From an uncultured Alphaproteobacteria bacterium (GTDB taxonomy: Bacteria > Pseudomonadota > Alphaproteobacteria > Rhodobacterales > Rhodobacteraceae), in assembly GCA_963710185.1 (NCBI GenBank), contig CAVPZE010000001.1:94831-158830 (forward strand): DNA of 64,000 nt, given 5' to 3'. Below are positions 18,680 through 28,062 of the stretch, in pieces; the first letter of the stretch is position 1; each line of letters begins with the position of its first letter. The position numbers and the translations under genes are program-made. The notes under the pieces were generated by a model, which saw nothing but the letters and a program-made list of their open reading frames with translations, did no database searches and had not been told where the DNA came from.

Positions 18680-19454
18680 ATTGACCCCGCTTGATCAGGC
18701 GCATGCCGCGATGATGGCCGCGCCTGACGATGATGCCGCGCGCTTGCGGTTTTACGAGCGTATCGCGGATGTCGAATTATTTGTGCTGCTGGAGGCGGAA
18801 CCGGCGGGCGACCAGATCAATCCGGTGGTGTTGGACGATGCCTATGTCGTGGTGTTTGACCGGTCTGCGCGACTGGCGGCTTATGTCGGGAATGCGGCCC
18901 CCTATGTCGCACTGTCGGGCCGTGCGGTTGCGCAGATGTTGGATGGTCAACCGCTTGGTATGGCGGTGAATATCGGTGTAGCACCGTCGGAGATTTTGCT
19001 GCCAGATACTGCAATGGCATGGCTGCGCGAGACGCTGGCGCATCAGGCGGGTGCGGTCGAGGCAAAGATCGAACAGGTGTTTCCGCCCAAGGGTTTGCCA
19101 GAGAGCCTTATCGCTGCGATTGATGCGAAACTCGCGACCGCGACCGGCATGGCGGCGGGCGCGTGGCTGGTCGGTGTCGCATATGCGGGCGGCGGGCGTG
19201 GGCATTTGCTGGCGTTCATCGGGGCCATTCCACGCGCACAGGATGCGCTGGTGCGGGCGGCATCCGAGGCGCTGACGTTTTCGGGGATCGAGGCGGGCGC
19301 GATGGATGTAGGGTTTTTTGAACCCGGCGATGCAACGGTGGCAAAGCTGGCCAAGGTTGGTCTGCGCTTTGACCTGCCGCAGACCCAAGGGCTGCAACAT
19401 ACACCGCGCATGCCACCTGGCAGTGACCCGTCAAAACCGCCCATTCTGAAATAA
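18672..19454 (+). CDS. SseB-family protein
   Basis: 260 aa. The start overlaps the UDG stop by 8 nt. The N-terminal pattern LRFYERIADVELFVLLE…VVFDRSARLAAY is SseB-like. Confidence 0.65.
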   Translation: MTELTPLDQAHAAMMAAPDDDAARLRFYERIADVELFVLLEAEPAGDQINPVVLDDAYVVVFDRSARLAAYVGNAAPYVALSGRAVAQMLDGQPLGMAVNIGVAPSEILLPDTAMAWLRETLAHQAGAVEAKIEQVFPPKGLPESLIAAIDAKLATATGMAAGAWLVGVAYAGGGRGHLLAFIGAIPRAQDALVRAASEALTFSGIEAGAMDVGFFEPGDATVAKLAKVGLRFDLPQTQGLQHTPRMPPGSDPSKPPILK

Positions 19455-19581
19455 GGATCGCGATTTTCGGGCGAGTTGGTAGCGCCGCGTCACATCGCCG
19501 CGAGGTCACGGGGTCGTGGGATGCAATGGGCCTTATCGTCCTCTAGCTTTAGATCATAACGCAGCAATCAAGGGAGTTTTC

Positions 19582-20106
19582 ATGAACCGTTTTACATGCG
19601 CCATCGCCGCCGCAGCGACCGCACTTACCTTTGCAGGGCAGGCTTATGCCGGGGATCAATACGTCGACGAAACAGGCTTTGCCGTGTCCGGCTATGATGT
19701 TGTGGCCTATTTCTCGTTGTCGCAAAGCCCGGTCGGCACGTCGCAGCCCGAGGGTGTACCGGGCAACAAAGCCATCACCAGCGAGTATAACGGATCCACC
19801 TTTGCTTTCTCGAGCGCCGGGAACAAGGCGCTGTTTGATGCTGATCCCGCAAAATACGCGCCGCAGTATGACGGCCATTGCGCATATGGCGTGTCCAAAG
19901 GTGGCAAAGTGCCGGGCAATCCGAACCTGTGGCGGGTTGTGGATGACAAACTTTATCTCAACATCACAAAGAATGTTGTGGGTTTCTGGGAAGAAGACAT
20001 TCCCGGCAATCTGACGTTGTCAGAAAAGAAATGGGTCTCGATTGAGTCAGCGGAAAAATCAACTGCGACCATTCCGCAGTTTTCCAGCGCGGCACCCACA
20101 AACTGA
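19582..20106 (+). CDS. YHS-domain-containing periplasmic protein
   Basis: Start at ATG 19582 (SD agggag). It has a signal peptide …TFAGQAYA, then FAVSGYDVVAYF…FAFSSAGNKALFDADPAKYAPQYDGHCAYGV, typical of the YHS-domain (seleno)protein family, Cys form. Confidence 0.72.
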   Translation: MNRFTCAIAAAATALTFAGQAYAGDQYVDETGFAVSGYDVVAYFSLSQSPVGTSQPEGVPGNKAITSEYNGSTFAFSSAGNKALFDADPAKYAPQYDGHCAYGVSKGGKVPGNPNLWRVVDDKLYLNITKNVVGFWEEDIPGNLTLSEKKWVSIESAEKSTATIPQFSSAAPTN

Positions 20107-20177
20107 CGCTGTCCCCCGGCTCCCCTCGGCCGGAACGGCCTAGGACCTCGTCGCGCAGTGCGCGGCGGGGTTTTGTC

Positions 20178-20597
20178 GTGGGCGGATTGGGGGTGCTGGC
20201 ATTGGGCGGAATTGGTGCCGCGCGCTGGTTCAATGTTGGCGCGACGATTGACAGTGAGAGTCTGAGTGCGCCGGATGCCTTTGCCGCCGCGCAAGCCGGT
20301 CAAATCGTATTGATCGATATCCGCCGTCCCGATGAATGGGCGCGCAGCGGTGTGCCGCAAGGCGCGGTGCCGATTGATATGCGACGGGAAGATTTTGTGC
20401 GTGCGCTAACGGCGGCGGGGGCGGATAAAAACCATCCGATAGCCCTGATTTGCGCACGGGGTGTGCGGTCGCGGACATTGTCGGGTAAATTGCGGGATGC
20501 AGGGTTCACGCGCATCATTGACGTGCCCGAAGGCATGTTGGGGTCAGGTGCGGGACCGGGCTGGGTTGCGCAAGGACTGCCCGTGATCCAGCCCTAG
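20178..20597 (+). CDS. Rhodanese-like domain protein with N-terminal membrane/Tat-like segment
   Basis: 139 aa: LIDIRRPDEW and active-site loop LICARGVRS. Confidence 0.8.
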   Translation: MGGLGVLALGGIGAARWFNVGATIDSESLSAPDAFAAAQAGQIVLIDIRRPDEWARSGVPQGAVPIDMRREDFVRALTAAGADKNHPIALICARGVRSRTLSGKLRDAGFTRIIDVPEGMLGSGAGPGWVAQGLPVIQP

Positions 20598-20598
20598 A

Positions 20599-22485
20599 TT
20601 ATTCTGCCGGAACTCCTTTGCCAGCCTTTAACTGCCCTTTCATATACGCGCGCTCGACACGGGCGCGGGTCACGATGCCCGGTTCGCGCAGGGTGTGCGG
20701 GCTGTCCATGCGCAAGCCTTCGGGCGCGCGGCGGGCGATGTTCACCGATGACAGGGCCGACAGCGGCACAGACAGCACAAGGCTGAACACAATCGGCACC
20801 AGCCAGAACGAGATCAGCCCTGCGATAAGGCCCGCCAGCAACAGCAGGCCAAACAGGGTTTCGACCCAGTGGAATTTGATCAAGGTCTTCAACGGATATC
20901 CGCGTGCGTCGCGCTTTTGCGGTGCCCAAGGCTCGCTTCCCGAGAACATCGCACCCAGTACAGCTTTGGTCTGCTGGATCATCAGGATCGGCGCATAAGC
21001 GATGGACAGGATGACCTCGACGGCGAAGGCGGTCAGGAATGCGGTCCGCCCGCCAAACACCCGCGTGGCTTTGGGGTAGGCGGCGATTATGCCTGCGCCC
21101 GCAATTTTCGGGGTCAGCAACATGGCGTACATGATCACGAGGAACACAGCGGAATCGATATGGCTCATTGCGGGGGGCCAGTCGGGGAAAAACGGATTGG
21201 CCTCGCTGAAGTAGCGAATGACATTGGTGTCGGCGTCGCGGCCCAGCAGCGACCAGATCACCAGCAACACGAACCATGCGGGCGACAACAGATAGCTGAC
21301 CGCGCCGTGAAACAGGTGGAACCGTGACACAGGATGCAGCCCTGCGGTGCCCAGCAAGCGCAGATGTTGCAGGTTGCCACGGCACCAGCGACGGTCGCGC
21401 ACGACGTAATCCACCAGCGTGCCGGGGGTTTCCTCAAAGCTGCCGGACACACGCGGCAGGAAACGCACCCGCCAACCGGCGCGGCGCAAAAGCCCTGCCT
21501 CGACAAAATCGTGGCTCAGGATCAGGTCGTCGCGGCCGCGCCCTGTCAGATGCGGCAGACCGGCGCTTGCGGCGAATGCCCGCGTGCGGATGATGGCGTT
21601 ATGGCCCCAATAATTGCCCTCGTGGCGCGCCCACATGGCAAGTCCCTCGGCCAGCAGCCAGCCATAGGCTACGTTGGAAAACTGTTGCAGGCGGGCAAAT
21701 AATGTATCGGCCCCGATCAGCATCGGAAAGGTCTGGATCAGGCCCGCGTCGGGGTCGGCGCTAAGTTCGGATGCCAGCCGCTCGATCGCGCGCCCTGTCA
21801 TCAGGCTGTCGGCGTCCAGCACCACCATGCCTTCATAGGCGGCACCCCATCCGGTGATCCAGTCCAGCAGGTTGCCGACCTTTTTATCGGTGTTGTCGGC
21901 ACGGCGGCGGTAATGCACGGCAAAACCATCGGGCGCTTGTTTCTTGAGAGCCTGGAACGCCTGCAATTCCTGATCCGCAATCGTATCATCGCGGGTGTCG
22001 GACAGCACAAACAGCGTGTAGCTATGAGGCCCGTTGCGGCGCGCCAGATCATCCAGCATGGCAGAGGCGTTGCCGAATACATCCCACGGCACTTCGTTAT
22101 AAACAGGGACCAGCAAAGCCACATCAATCGCTTTGACGCGCATTGGCGGGCGATCGTCGGCGTCTTCACGTGCAAGAATACCTGCAATGGCGACGCCGAC
22201 GGTGCTGACTGACAAAGTCACCCAAACGAATGTTGCCCCGATCATGGTCAGCAAAGCCCATTCAAGTCCGGTCATGCCACTGCCCGCTAGCCAGCCGTAC
22301 AAGCCATAAAGCAACAACGCCGTGCCGATCAACGCAGGCCCGAACACCGCCAGCCGCCAGCCCAATGAGCGTTGCGGCGCGATGTTCTGCGAGCGTGCAA
22401 CCGGTGCATGTGCAAAATCCTGCGCATGCATCGCAAGCGGTGCGCTGGCTGGCATATGTTGATAATTTTCGCCCATCGTCGTCAT
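20599..22485 (-). CDS. opgH: Glucans biosynthesis glucosyltransferase H
   Basis: Start set at ATG 22485, which overlaps the opgG stop (ATGA). It has the GT2 core VPVYNE…VLSDT…VLDADS and QRxRW-type RDRRWCRGNLQH, flanked by multiple TM helices. Confidence 0.92.
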   Translation of the reverse strand: MTTMGENYQHMPASAPLAMHAQDFAHAPVARSQNIAPQRSLGWRLAVFGPALIGTALLLYGLYGWLAGSGMTGLEWALLTMIGATFVWVTLSVSTVGVAIAGILAREDADDRPPMRVKAIDVALLVPVYNEVPWDVFGNASAMLDDLARRNGPHSYTLFVLSDTRDDTIADQELQAFQALKKQAPDGFAVHYRRRADNTDKKVGNLLDWITGWGAAYEGMVVLDADSLMTGRAIERLASELSADPDAGLIQTFPMLIGADTLFARLQQFSNVAYGWLLAEGLAMWARHEGNYWGHNAIIRTRAFAASAGLPHLTGRGRDDLILSHDFVEAGLLRRAGWRVRFLPRVSGSFEETPGTLVDYVVRDRRWCRGNLQHLRLLGTAGLHPVSRFHLFHGAVSYLLSPAWFVLLVIWSLLGRDADTNVIRYFSEANPFFPDWPPAMSHIDSAVFLVIMYAMLLTPKIAGAGIIAAYPKATRVFGGRTAFLTAFAVEVILSIAYAPILMIQQTKAVLGAMFSGSEPWAPQKRDARGYPLKTLIKFHWVETLFGLLLLAGLIAGLISFWLVPIVFSLVLSVPLSALSSVNIARRAPEGLRMDSPHTLREPGIVTRARVERAYMKGQLKAGKGVPAE

Positions 22486-24011
22486 GCGGCCGTCCATCTG
22501 TAGAGCCATACTTCGCTTAAAGGATCGCCGCCGACACGCAATTGCGCACGGAATTCGGCCCATCTTGCGTCATCGGGCATGAAGGTGAACGCCAGTCGCG
22601 GCCCATTGGTTTCCGGGTTTCTTTGCAAGATCCCCGGCGTGATGGAACCGTTGTTGGCGCGCAGGATGATTTCGACCTCTGACAGGTCTTTTGGCACGTC
22701 CGGGCTATCGGCAAAGTCGATCACGATGATTTGTCCGCCCTCGGGGCGGCCCCCCATTGCGGTGTTGAGCACCTTGACAGGAACATCCGCTGTTACCGCC
22801 GCAGGGTTCGCACCCCAATGCAGGGTATAGGTCATCTGGTGTTCCGACCCTGCCGCCAGTTCGGCAGCGGGGCGCCAGTAGGCCACGATATTGTCGTAAA
22901 CTTCGAGATCGGCAGGGATTTCAACAAGTACAACAGTACCTTGCCCCCAATCTTCGCCCGGTGTGATCCAGACGGCGGGGCGGCTGTGATAAAGCGCCTC
23001 GAGATCGTTGTAATCGGAATAGTTGCGCTTGCGTTGCATCAGGCCAAAGCCGCGCGGGCTCACGTCGCCAAAGGCGCTGATCTGCAAGGTTGTGGGGTTC
23101 GCCAAAGGTCGCCATATTACCTCGCCACTACCATTGTGGATCAGCAAGCCGTCGCTGTCATGCACAGCGGGGCGGAAGTCGGAAAACCGCTGACGCATCG
23201 TATCATCGAACAGGAACATTGAGGTCAGCGGTGCGATCCCCATATGGCTGATGGTCTCGCGGGCAAAAATATGCGCGCTTACCTTCATTTCGAGCACACT
23301 GCCATGAGTGATGCGAAACCTGAACGCGCCGGAACACGACGGGCTGTCAAGCAAGGCATGCACGACAATTGTATCACTGTCAGGCTCTGGCGTTTCCAGC
23401 CAGAACGCGGTGAAGTCGGGAAATTCCTCGCCCATCGGGTCGCCGGTTTTAAGCGCAAGACCGCGTGCCGACAGACCGTAGGTTTCCCCCGTGCCAATGC
23501 CGCGGAAATAGCTGGCCCCCTGGAATACGGCGTATTCCTGAAAGATGCCCGGCTTTTCCAATTCGGCGCGCAGGCGCAGACCGGAATAACCCATCGTCTC
23601 GTCCACAGGCGGGTTGGGGAATTTATCTGTGGTGTCGAACACCGCCATATCAAAGGCCACAGGGCGCGACATACCTGCATCTACGACATTGAGGGCGACG
23701 GCCTGCGGAAAATACAGCCCGGCGGGAAACACATCGACGCGTTGCGGCGTGTCGGTGTTTTCCCACAGCGCATTGCGACCGTCGAACCAGATTTTGCGGT
23801 ATTCGTCATAGCTCAGATCGCGCCAGCCTGCGGGAACTTGCGGGCGCGGCACATATTTGTCGGCTGCCAGAGCGCGGGCCTTGGCGATAACCGTCCCGTC
23901 ATCAAATGGCGTTGGCGTATCTGCCAGCGTCAGGCCCGGTTCTTGGGCCTTTGCACCGTGTGGCAATGCTGCCAGCGCTGCCAGTGATGCGATAAATTCA
24001 CGACGTAACAT
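22482..24011 (-). CDS. opgG: Glucan biosynthesis protein G (periplasmic, Tat signal)
   Basis: Start at ATG 24011: MLRREFIASLAALAALPHGAKA. MdoG motifs include FRGIGTGETYGLSARGLA and EIPADLEVYDNIVAYW. Confidence 0.92.
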   Translation of the reverse strand: MLRREFIASLAALAALPHGAKAQEPGLTLADTPTPFDDGTVIAKARALAADKYVPRPQVPAGWRDLSYDEYRKIWFDGRNALWENTDTPQRVDVFPAGLYFPQAVALNVVDAGMSRPVAFDMAVFDTTDKFPNPPVDETMGYSGLRLRAELEKPGIFQEYAVFQGASYFRGIGTGETYGLSARGLALKTGDPMGEEFPDFTAFWLETPEPDSDTIVVHALLDSPSCSGAFRFRITHGSVLEMKVSAHIFARETISHMGIAPLTSMFLFDDTMRQRFSDFRPAVHDSDGLLIHNGSGEVIWRPLANPTTLQISAFGDVSPRGFGLMQRKRNYSDYNDLEALYHSRPAVWITPGEDWGQGTVVLVEIPADLEVYDNIVAYWRPAAELAAGSEHQMTYTLHWGANPAAVTADVPVKVLNTAMGGRPEGGQIIVIDFADSPDVPKDLSEVEIILRANNGSITPGILQRNPETNGPRLAFTFMPDDARWAEFRAQLRVGGDPLSEVWLYRWTAA

Positions 24012-25276
24012 TATGCCACCGCCTTTGTGCGCCACGGTTGCGATTTGAACCATCCGGCACCGTAAGCCACCGCGATCAAAACCAGCGCCCCGGCGAGATT
24101 AACCAATAAAACAGTCCCAACAGCACGGCCTGCGACATCCATCACAAAACCCATCAGGCGGGCGGCAAACATCGAGACCACAAACACCGCCAGTGACTGC
24201 TGGCCGACCTTGAGGATCACCTTGACGAGGCCGCCCCACGCAGCCGACAAAGCGCCCGTACCGCGCGCTATCAGGTTGGCACCTTTGTCACCCGCAATGA
24301 CCCACGCGAGATACGCCAGTGCCAGAAAATGCAGATAGCGGAACAGGCCAAAGTCGGATTTGTCGATCAAGCCCTTGATGGCGAGACGCGCGTCGATGAC
24401 GGGGTTGCCGTTCTCGGTGAAAAAGAACCAGTTTTGCGAAATCGCCCGTACGCCGATGTTTGAAACAGGGATGATCGCAATGACCACAAAGGCTGCAAGT
24501 CCAATCAGCAGCGGTGTCACCGGGGGCTTGGGCAGCCAGCCGCGCATAAAGGCAAAGCCGGTGAAGAAAATCAGTTGCCAGCCGAACGGGTTGAAAAACC
24601 ATGTGCGTTCCGACCACGGTTCTGCGGGCAGGGCGAGGTGCAAATGTCCCAGTCCCAAACGCTGCATCAGCGCATCCTGTGCCAGAAGCCAGACGGCAAT
24701 CACAAACGCCGCGACCAGACCGGGATGCACGCGGCTTAAGGCCATAACAATCGGCATCAACAGCAAAACCACCATATACATCGGTAAAACGTCGAAATAA
24801 TTCGGCACATAGGTAAGCGTCACGAGGCCCACCAACGGCACGGCAGGATCGTCAAAGAACTTCCACAGGTTCAGGGAGCCGATGTAGTTTTTGTCATAGC
24901 CGCCATAGTAATCAATCGCGGCGAGCAAGGCGGCCGTTGCCACAAACAGCCCGATATGCGCCCAGTAGACCTGCCAGACGCGAAAACCCACGCGAGCCGA
25001 TCCCAGACGCCAGCCTGCACGGTCAAATCCGCCACCGAATGCGATGGCGCTTGCCATGCCGGAGCAGAAAACAAATATCTCGGTTGCGTCGGAAAAGCCC
25101 CAGCGCGCGGGAATCCACGAGCTTAGGAAATTGCCCGGTGTGTGGGCGACAAGGATGATGAACATCGCAATGCCACGAAAGAAATCAAGACGCAGATCGC
25201 GCAAGCGCGCAGTTGATTGCGCACCAAGCGCGGTGACAGGGCGTGGCGGAATTGTGGTCGCATCGGCAAGGGTCAT
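24011..25276 (-). CDS. opgC: OpgC-family membrane acyltransferase (OPG succinylation)
   Basis: 421 aa: RDLRLDFFRGIAMFIILVAHTPGN…FSDATEIFVFCSGM is the OpgC signature. The stop overlaps the opgG start (TAATG). Confidence 0.85.
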   Translation of the reverse strand: MTLADATTIPPRPVTALGAQSTARLRDLRLDFFRGIAMFIILVAHTPGNFLSSWIPARWGFSDATEIFVFCSGMASAIAFGGGFDRAGWRLGSARVGFRVWQVYWAHIGLFVATAALLAAIDYYGGYDKNYIGSLNLWKFFDDPAVPLVGLVTLTYVPNYFDVLPMYMVVLLLMPIVMALSRVHPGLVAAFVIAVWLLAQDALMQRLGLGHLHLALPAEPWSERTWFFNPFGWQLIFFTGFAFMRGWLPKPPVTPLLIGLAAFVVIAIIPVSNIGVRAISQNWFFFTENGNPVIDARLAIKGLIDKSDFGLFRYLHFLALAYLAWVIAGDKGANLIARGTGALSAAWGGLVKVILKVGQQSLAVFVVSMFAARLMGFVMDVAGRAVGTVLLVNLAGALVLIAVAYGAGWFKSQPWRTKAVA

Positions 25277-25304
25277 GGCCGCACTTTATCCAGTATTTTG
25301 AATG

Positions 25305-26654
25305 CTATTGCGCCGGAATGCTGCGCGCGCGCGACAAGCGGTCAAACCGGGTTGCGGTAAACCGATCTTCGTTGCCGGCGCGCAGGGCCAGACGATCAAG
25401 CAGAATCGTTTCAGTTGCGTCGAAATGGCCCGCACGCAGTCCGGCGTCAATGGTCATACGCTCGAAGACGTCGCGTTGCGCATGACTGCCGCCGATGCTT
25501 TGCATTTTTGGGCGTGCATCCGCCAGTTTCACAAAAGCATCGCCGTAACGCCCCTCGGCAAAGGCATTCAGTCCGGCCAATGCCATCACACCCGGATCAG
25601 CAACACGGTCGGCCATATCGCCGCGCTCGCGGGCATCGCGGGCAAACCGCGCCGTCATCGCCTGTTTCGCGGCACCCTTTTCGGCACCGGCAAGGGCGAG
25701 CATGTAATGCAGGTCGGCAAAAACCAGACAGCCATCCCCGACGCGGTTTTCGGAAAAGTCAGCGAGTTCTTCCCAGCGGTTGCCAACCTTGACGCCTTCA
25801 AGTTCGAGCCGCATCAGCAGGGACGTCGCGTTTGAAATATCGCGGTAGTCATCGGTTTTCTCGACGCGGATCTGGGTATCATAAAGCGCCAGTGCCACGT
25901 CCAGCTCGCCCCGGTCCAGATGCAGCAACGCCTTGTGCCACCAGACGTGATAGCGGAAATTGTTGGAGCGGTCCCATGCGGCTGAATGACCCTCGATCAG
26001 GGCAATCCCCGCATCGGGTTCGGCGCGCATATCATGTACATGCGCGACTGCGTGCAAGCCCCATGCGTCATCCGGCGCATAGGTCAATCCGGTACGGCCC
26101 GCATGCTCTGCTGCCGTGTAATCGCCAGTTTCTTCCAGAGTAAAGGCATGACAACCCATCACGTAGCCACGCAAGGGATGGTCCGGCCCATGTGCGTCCA
26201 ACACCCGTTCAATCGAGGCGCGCATGCCCTTTGCGTCGCCCAGAATAAACCGGATCGCATGGCTGACCTTGACGGATAATGTGTCATTCGGATGCGCGGC
26301 AAGCACGTCTTCAATTGCGGCGATTGCACCTGTCGGGCTGTCGGCCAGCCAACGGTCAAGGGCGGTAAGCCAGCCTTGCTCGCGCGCGGTGATCGACCCG
26401 GCGGCATGGGCGGCATGGGCTGCGGTGCGGGCATCCTCGGCCACTTGCCACAACTCGGAGCGGCCCATCATCAGCGAAAACAATCCGCGTGCGGCATGAC
26501 CCATGACAAAATCAGGCTCAGCCGCGAGTACTGCCCCCAGATGTTGCGGGGTCGCCGCCTGATGTGCCAGAAAAGCGCGGATCATGCTGTTCCATGACGC
26601 CAAAGCGTTAGCGGTTTTCAACGATACAGGGGCGTTGCAAATGTCGGTGGTCAT
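25305..26654 (-). CDS. Tetratricopeptide-repeat protein (TTC38-like)
   Basis: 449 aa, all-helical TPR-like repeats with no catalytic motifs seen. Confidence 0.65.
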   Translation of the reverse strand: MTTDICNAPVSLKTANALASWNSMIRAFLAHQAATPQHLGAVLAAEPDFVMGHAARGLFSLMMGRSELWQVAEDARTAAHAAHAAGSITAREQGWLTALDRWLADSPTGAIAAIEDVLAAHPNDTLSVKVSHAIRFILGDAKGMRASIERVLDAHGPDHPLRGYVMGCHAFTLEETGDYTAAEHAGRTGLTYAPDDAWGLHAVAHVHDMRAEPDAGIALIEGHSAAWDRSNNFRYHVWWHKALLHLDRGELDVALALYDTQIRVEKTDDYRDISNATSLLMRLELEGVKVGNRWEELADFSENRVGDGCLVFADLHYMLALAGAEKGAAKQAMTARFARDARERGDMADRVADPGVMALAGLNAFAEGRYGDAFVKLADARPKMQSIGGSHAQRDVFERMTIDAGLRAGHFDATETILLDRLALRAGNEDRFTATRFDRLSRARSIPAQ

Positions 26655-26847
26655 TGATGAAGCCTTTCGATGTCACGCAGATCGCTTTGTGGTCATACCT
26701 GAATTTAGGCCGTTTTATACGTTGACGCCGGACGCCACACGGCAACGTGAAGCGCATTAGATGAATTGTGAGGCAATGTGTCAAAAATTATGCAGCCCGC
26801 AAAATAATGCGCGGGTTATCGCGCAAAATCAGTGGGGTAGCGGGGAA

Positions 26848-28062
26848 TTAACTGTCCCGATGGGCAGCTTTCGGACCCCATGTTTCAAGAACCTCATCGG
26901 TGTCCTGCCCGAAACGCGGCGGTGCGCGGTCATAACGGATCGGTGTGCGCGAAAATTTAAGGGGATTCCCCAATAGCGAGAGTGCGCCGCCCGCGATATC
27001 CTCGCGCGCGATCTGCACCACAGACCCGCGCGCTTGCGCCTGACCGGAGGTCAGCGCCTCGCCCACGGTATTGATCGGCCCGCAGGGAACTTTGACGGCG
27101 GCCAGTCGCTCAAGGATGTCAGCTTTGGTGATCTGGCGCAGGGCAGGGCGGATCAGGTCCATCAGAGCGGCGCGGTTGTCGATGCGCAGCTGGTTGGTGG
27201 TAAACCGTCTTTCACCGGACAGGTCATGCAATCCGATTGCATCGCAAAAGCGCACAAACTGGGCGTCGTTGCCCACGGCCAGCAGGAAATGACCGTCGGC
27301 ACATTCAAACGCATCATAGGGTACAATGTTGGGATGTGCATTGCCGCGGCGCACAGGTTCCGCGCCCGAGGTCAGGAAATTGGTGCCCTCATTGACCAGC
27401 CACGCCATCTGGCTGTCGACCAGTGACAGATCAATATGCTGGCCTTCGCCGGTGCCATCACGGTGACGCAGGGCGGCGAGAATCCCGATGGTCGCATACA
27501 TGCCGCACATCACATCGGCGATGCCAACGCCGACCTTGGTGGGCATGCCGGCGGGGTCACCTGTCAGCGACATGATGCCACCGAACCCTTGGGCCATCAG
27601 GTCATAACCCGGTTTGCTGCTGTTTGGCCCCGACTGGCCGTAGCCCGAGATCGAGCAATACACCAGCGAGGGATGTGCCGCACAGAGCGTTACATGATCC
27701 AGCCCGTATTTCACCAAGCCGCCGGGTTTGAAGTTTTCAATCACCACATCGGCGCGGGCGGCGAGGTGGCGCAATGTGGCTTGGCCTTGGTCGGATGCGA
27801 TATCGACAGCGATAGAGCGTTTGTTGCGGTTTGCGGCCATGAAATAGGCGCTGAGGTCGGTGCGGTTGCCGCCTTTGTCCAGCGCATAGTTCGGCCCCCA
27901 ACCGCGCGTATCATCGCCTTTGGTCGCTGGGTTTTCGACCTTGATCACGGTGGCCCCCAGATCACCCAGCAATTGCGTGCAGGTGGGACCGGCAAGGATA
28001 CGGGTCAGATCAAGGATGAACAGACCGTCCAGCGCGCCTTTGGTATCAGATGCGGCCATCAT
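26848..28062 (-). CDS. CaiB/BaiF family III CoA-transferase
   Basis: 404 aa: LDGLFILDLTRILAGPTCTQLLGDLGATVIKVE and the DLxxxD-type loop (HIDLSLVDSQ). Confidence 0.88.
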   Translation of the reverse strand: MMAASDTKGALDGLFILDLTRILAGPTCTQLLGDLGATVIKVENPATKGDDTRGWGPNYALDKGGNRTDLSAYFMAANRNKRSIAVDIASDQGQATLRHLAARADVVIENFKPGGLVKYGLDHVTLCAAHPSLVYCSISGYGQSGPNSSKPGYDLMAQGFGGIMSLTGDPAGMPTKVGVGIADVMCGMYATIGILAALRHRDGTGEGQHIDLSLVDSQMAWLVNEGTNFLTSGAEPVRRGNAHPNIVPYDAFECADGHFLLAVGNDAQFVRFCDAIGLHDLSGERRFTTNQLRIDNRAALMDLIRPALRQITKADILERLAAVKVPCGPINTVGEALTSGQAQARGSVVQIAREDIAGGALSLLGNPLKFSRTPIRYDRAPPRFGQDTDEVLETWGPKAAHRDS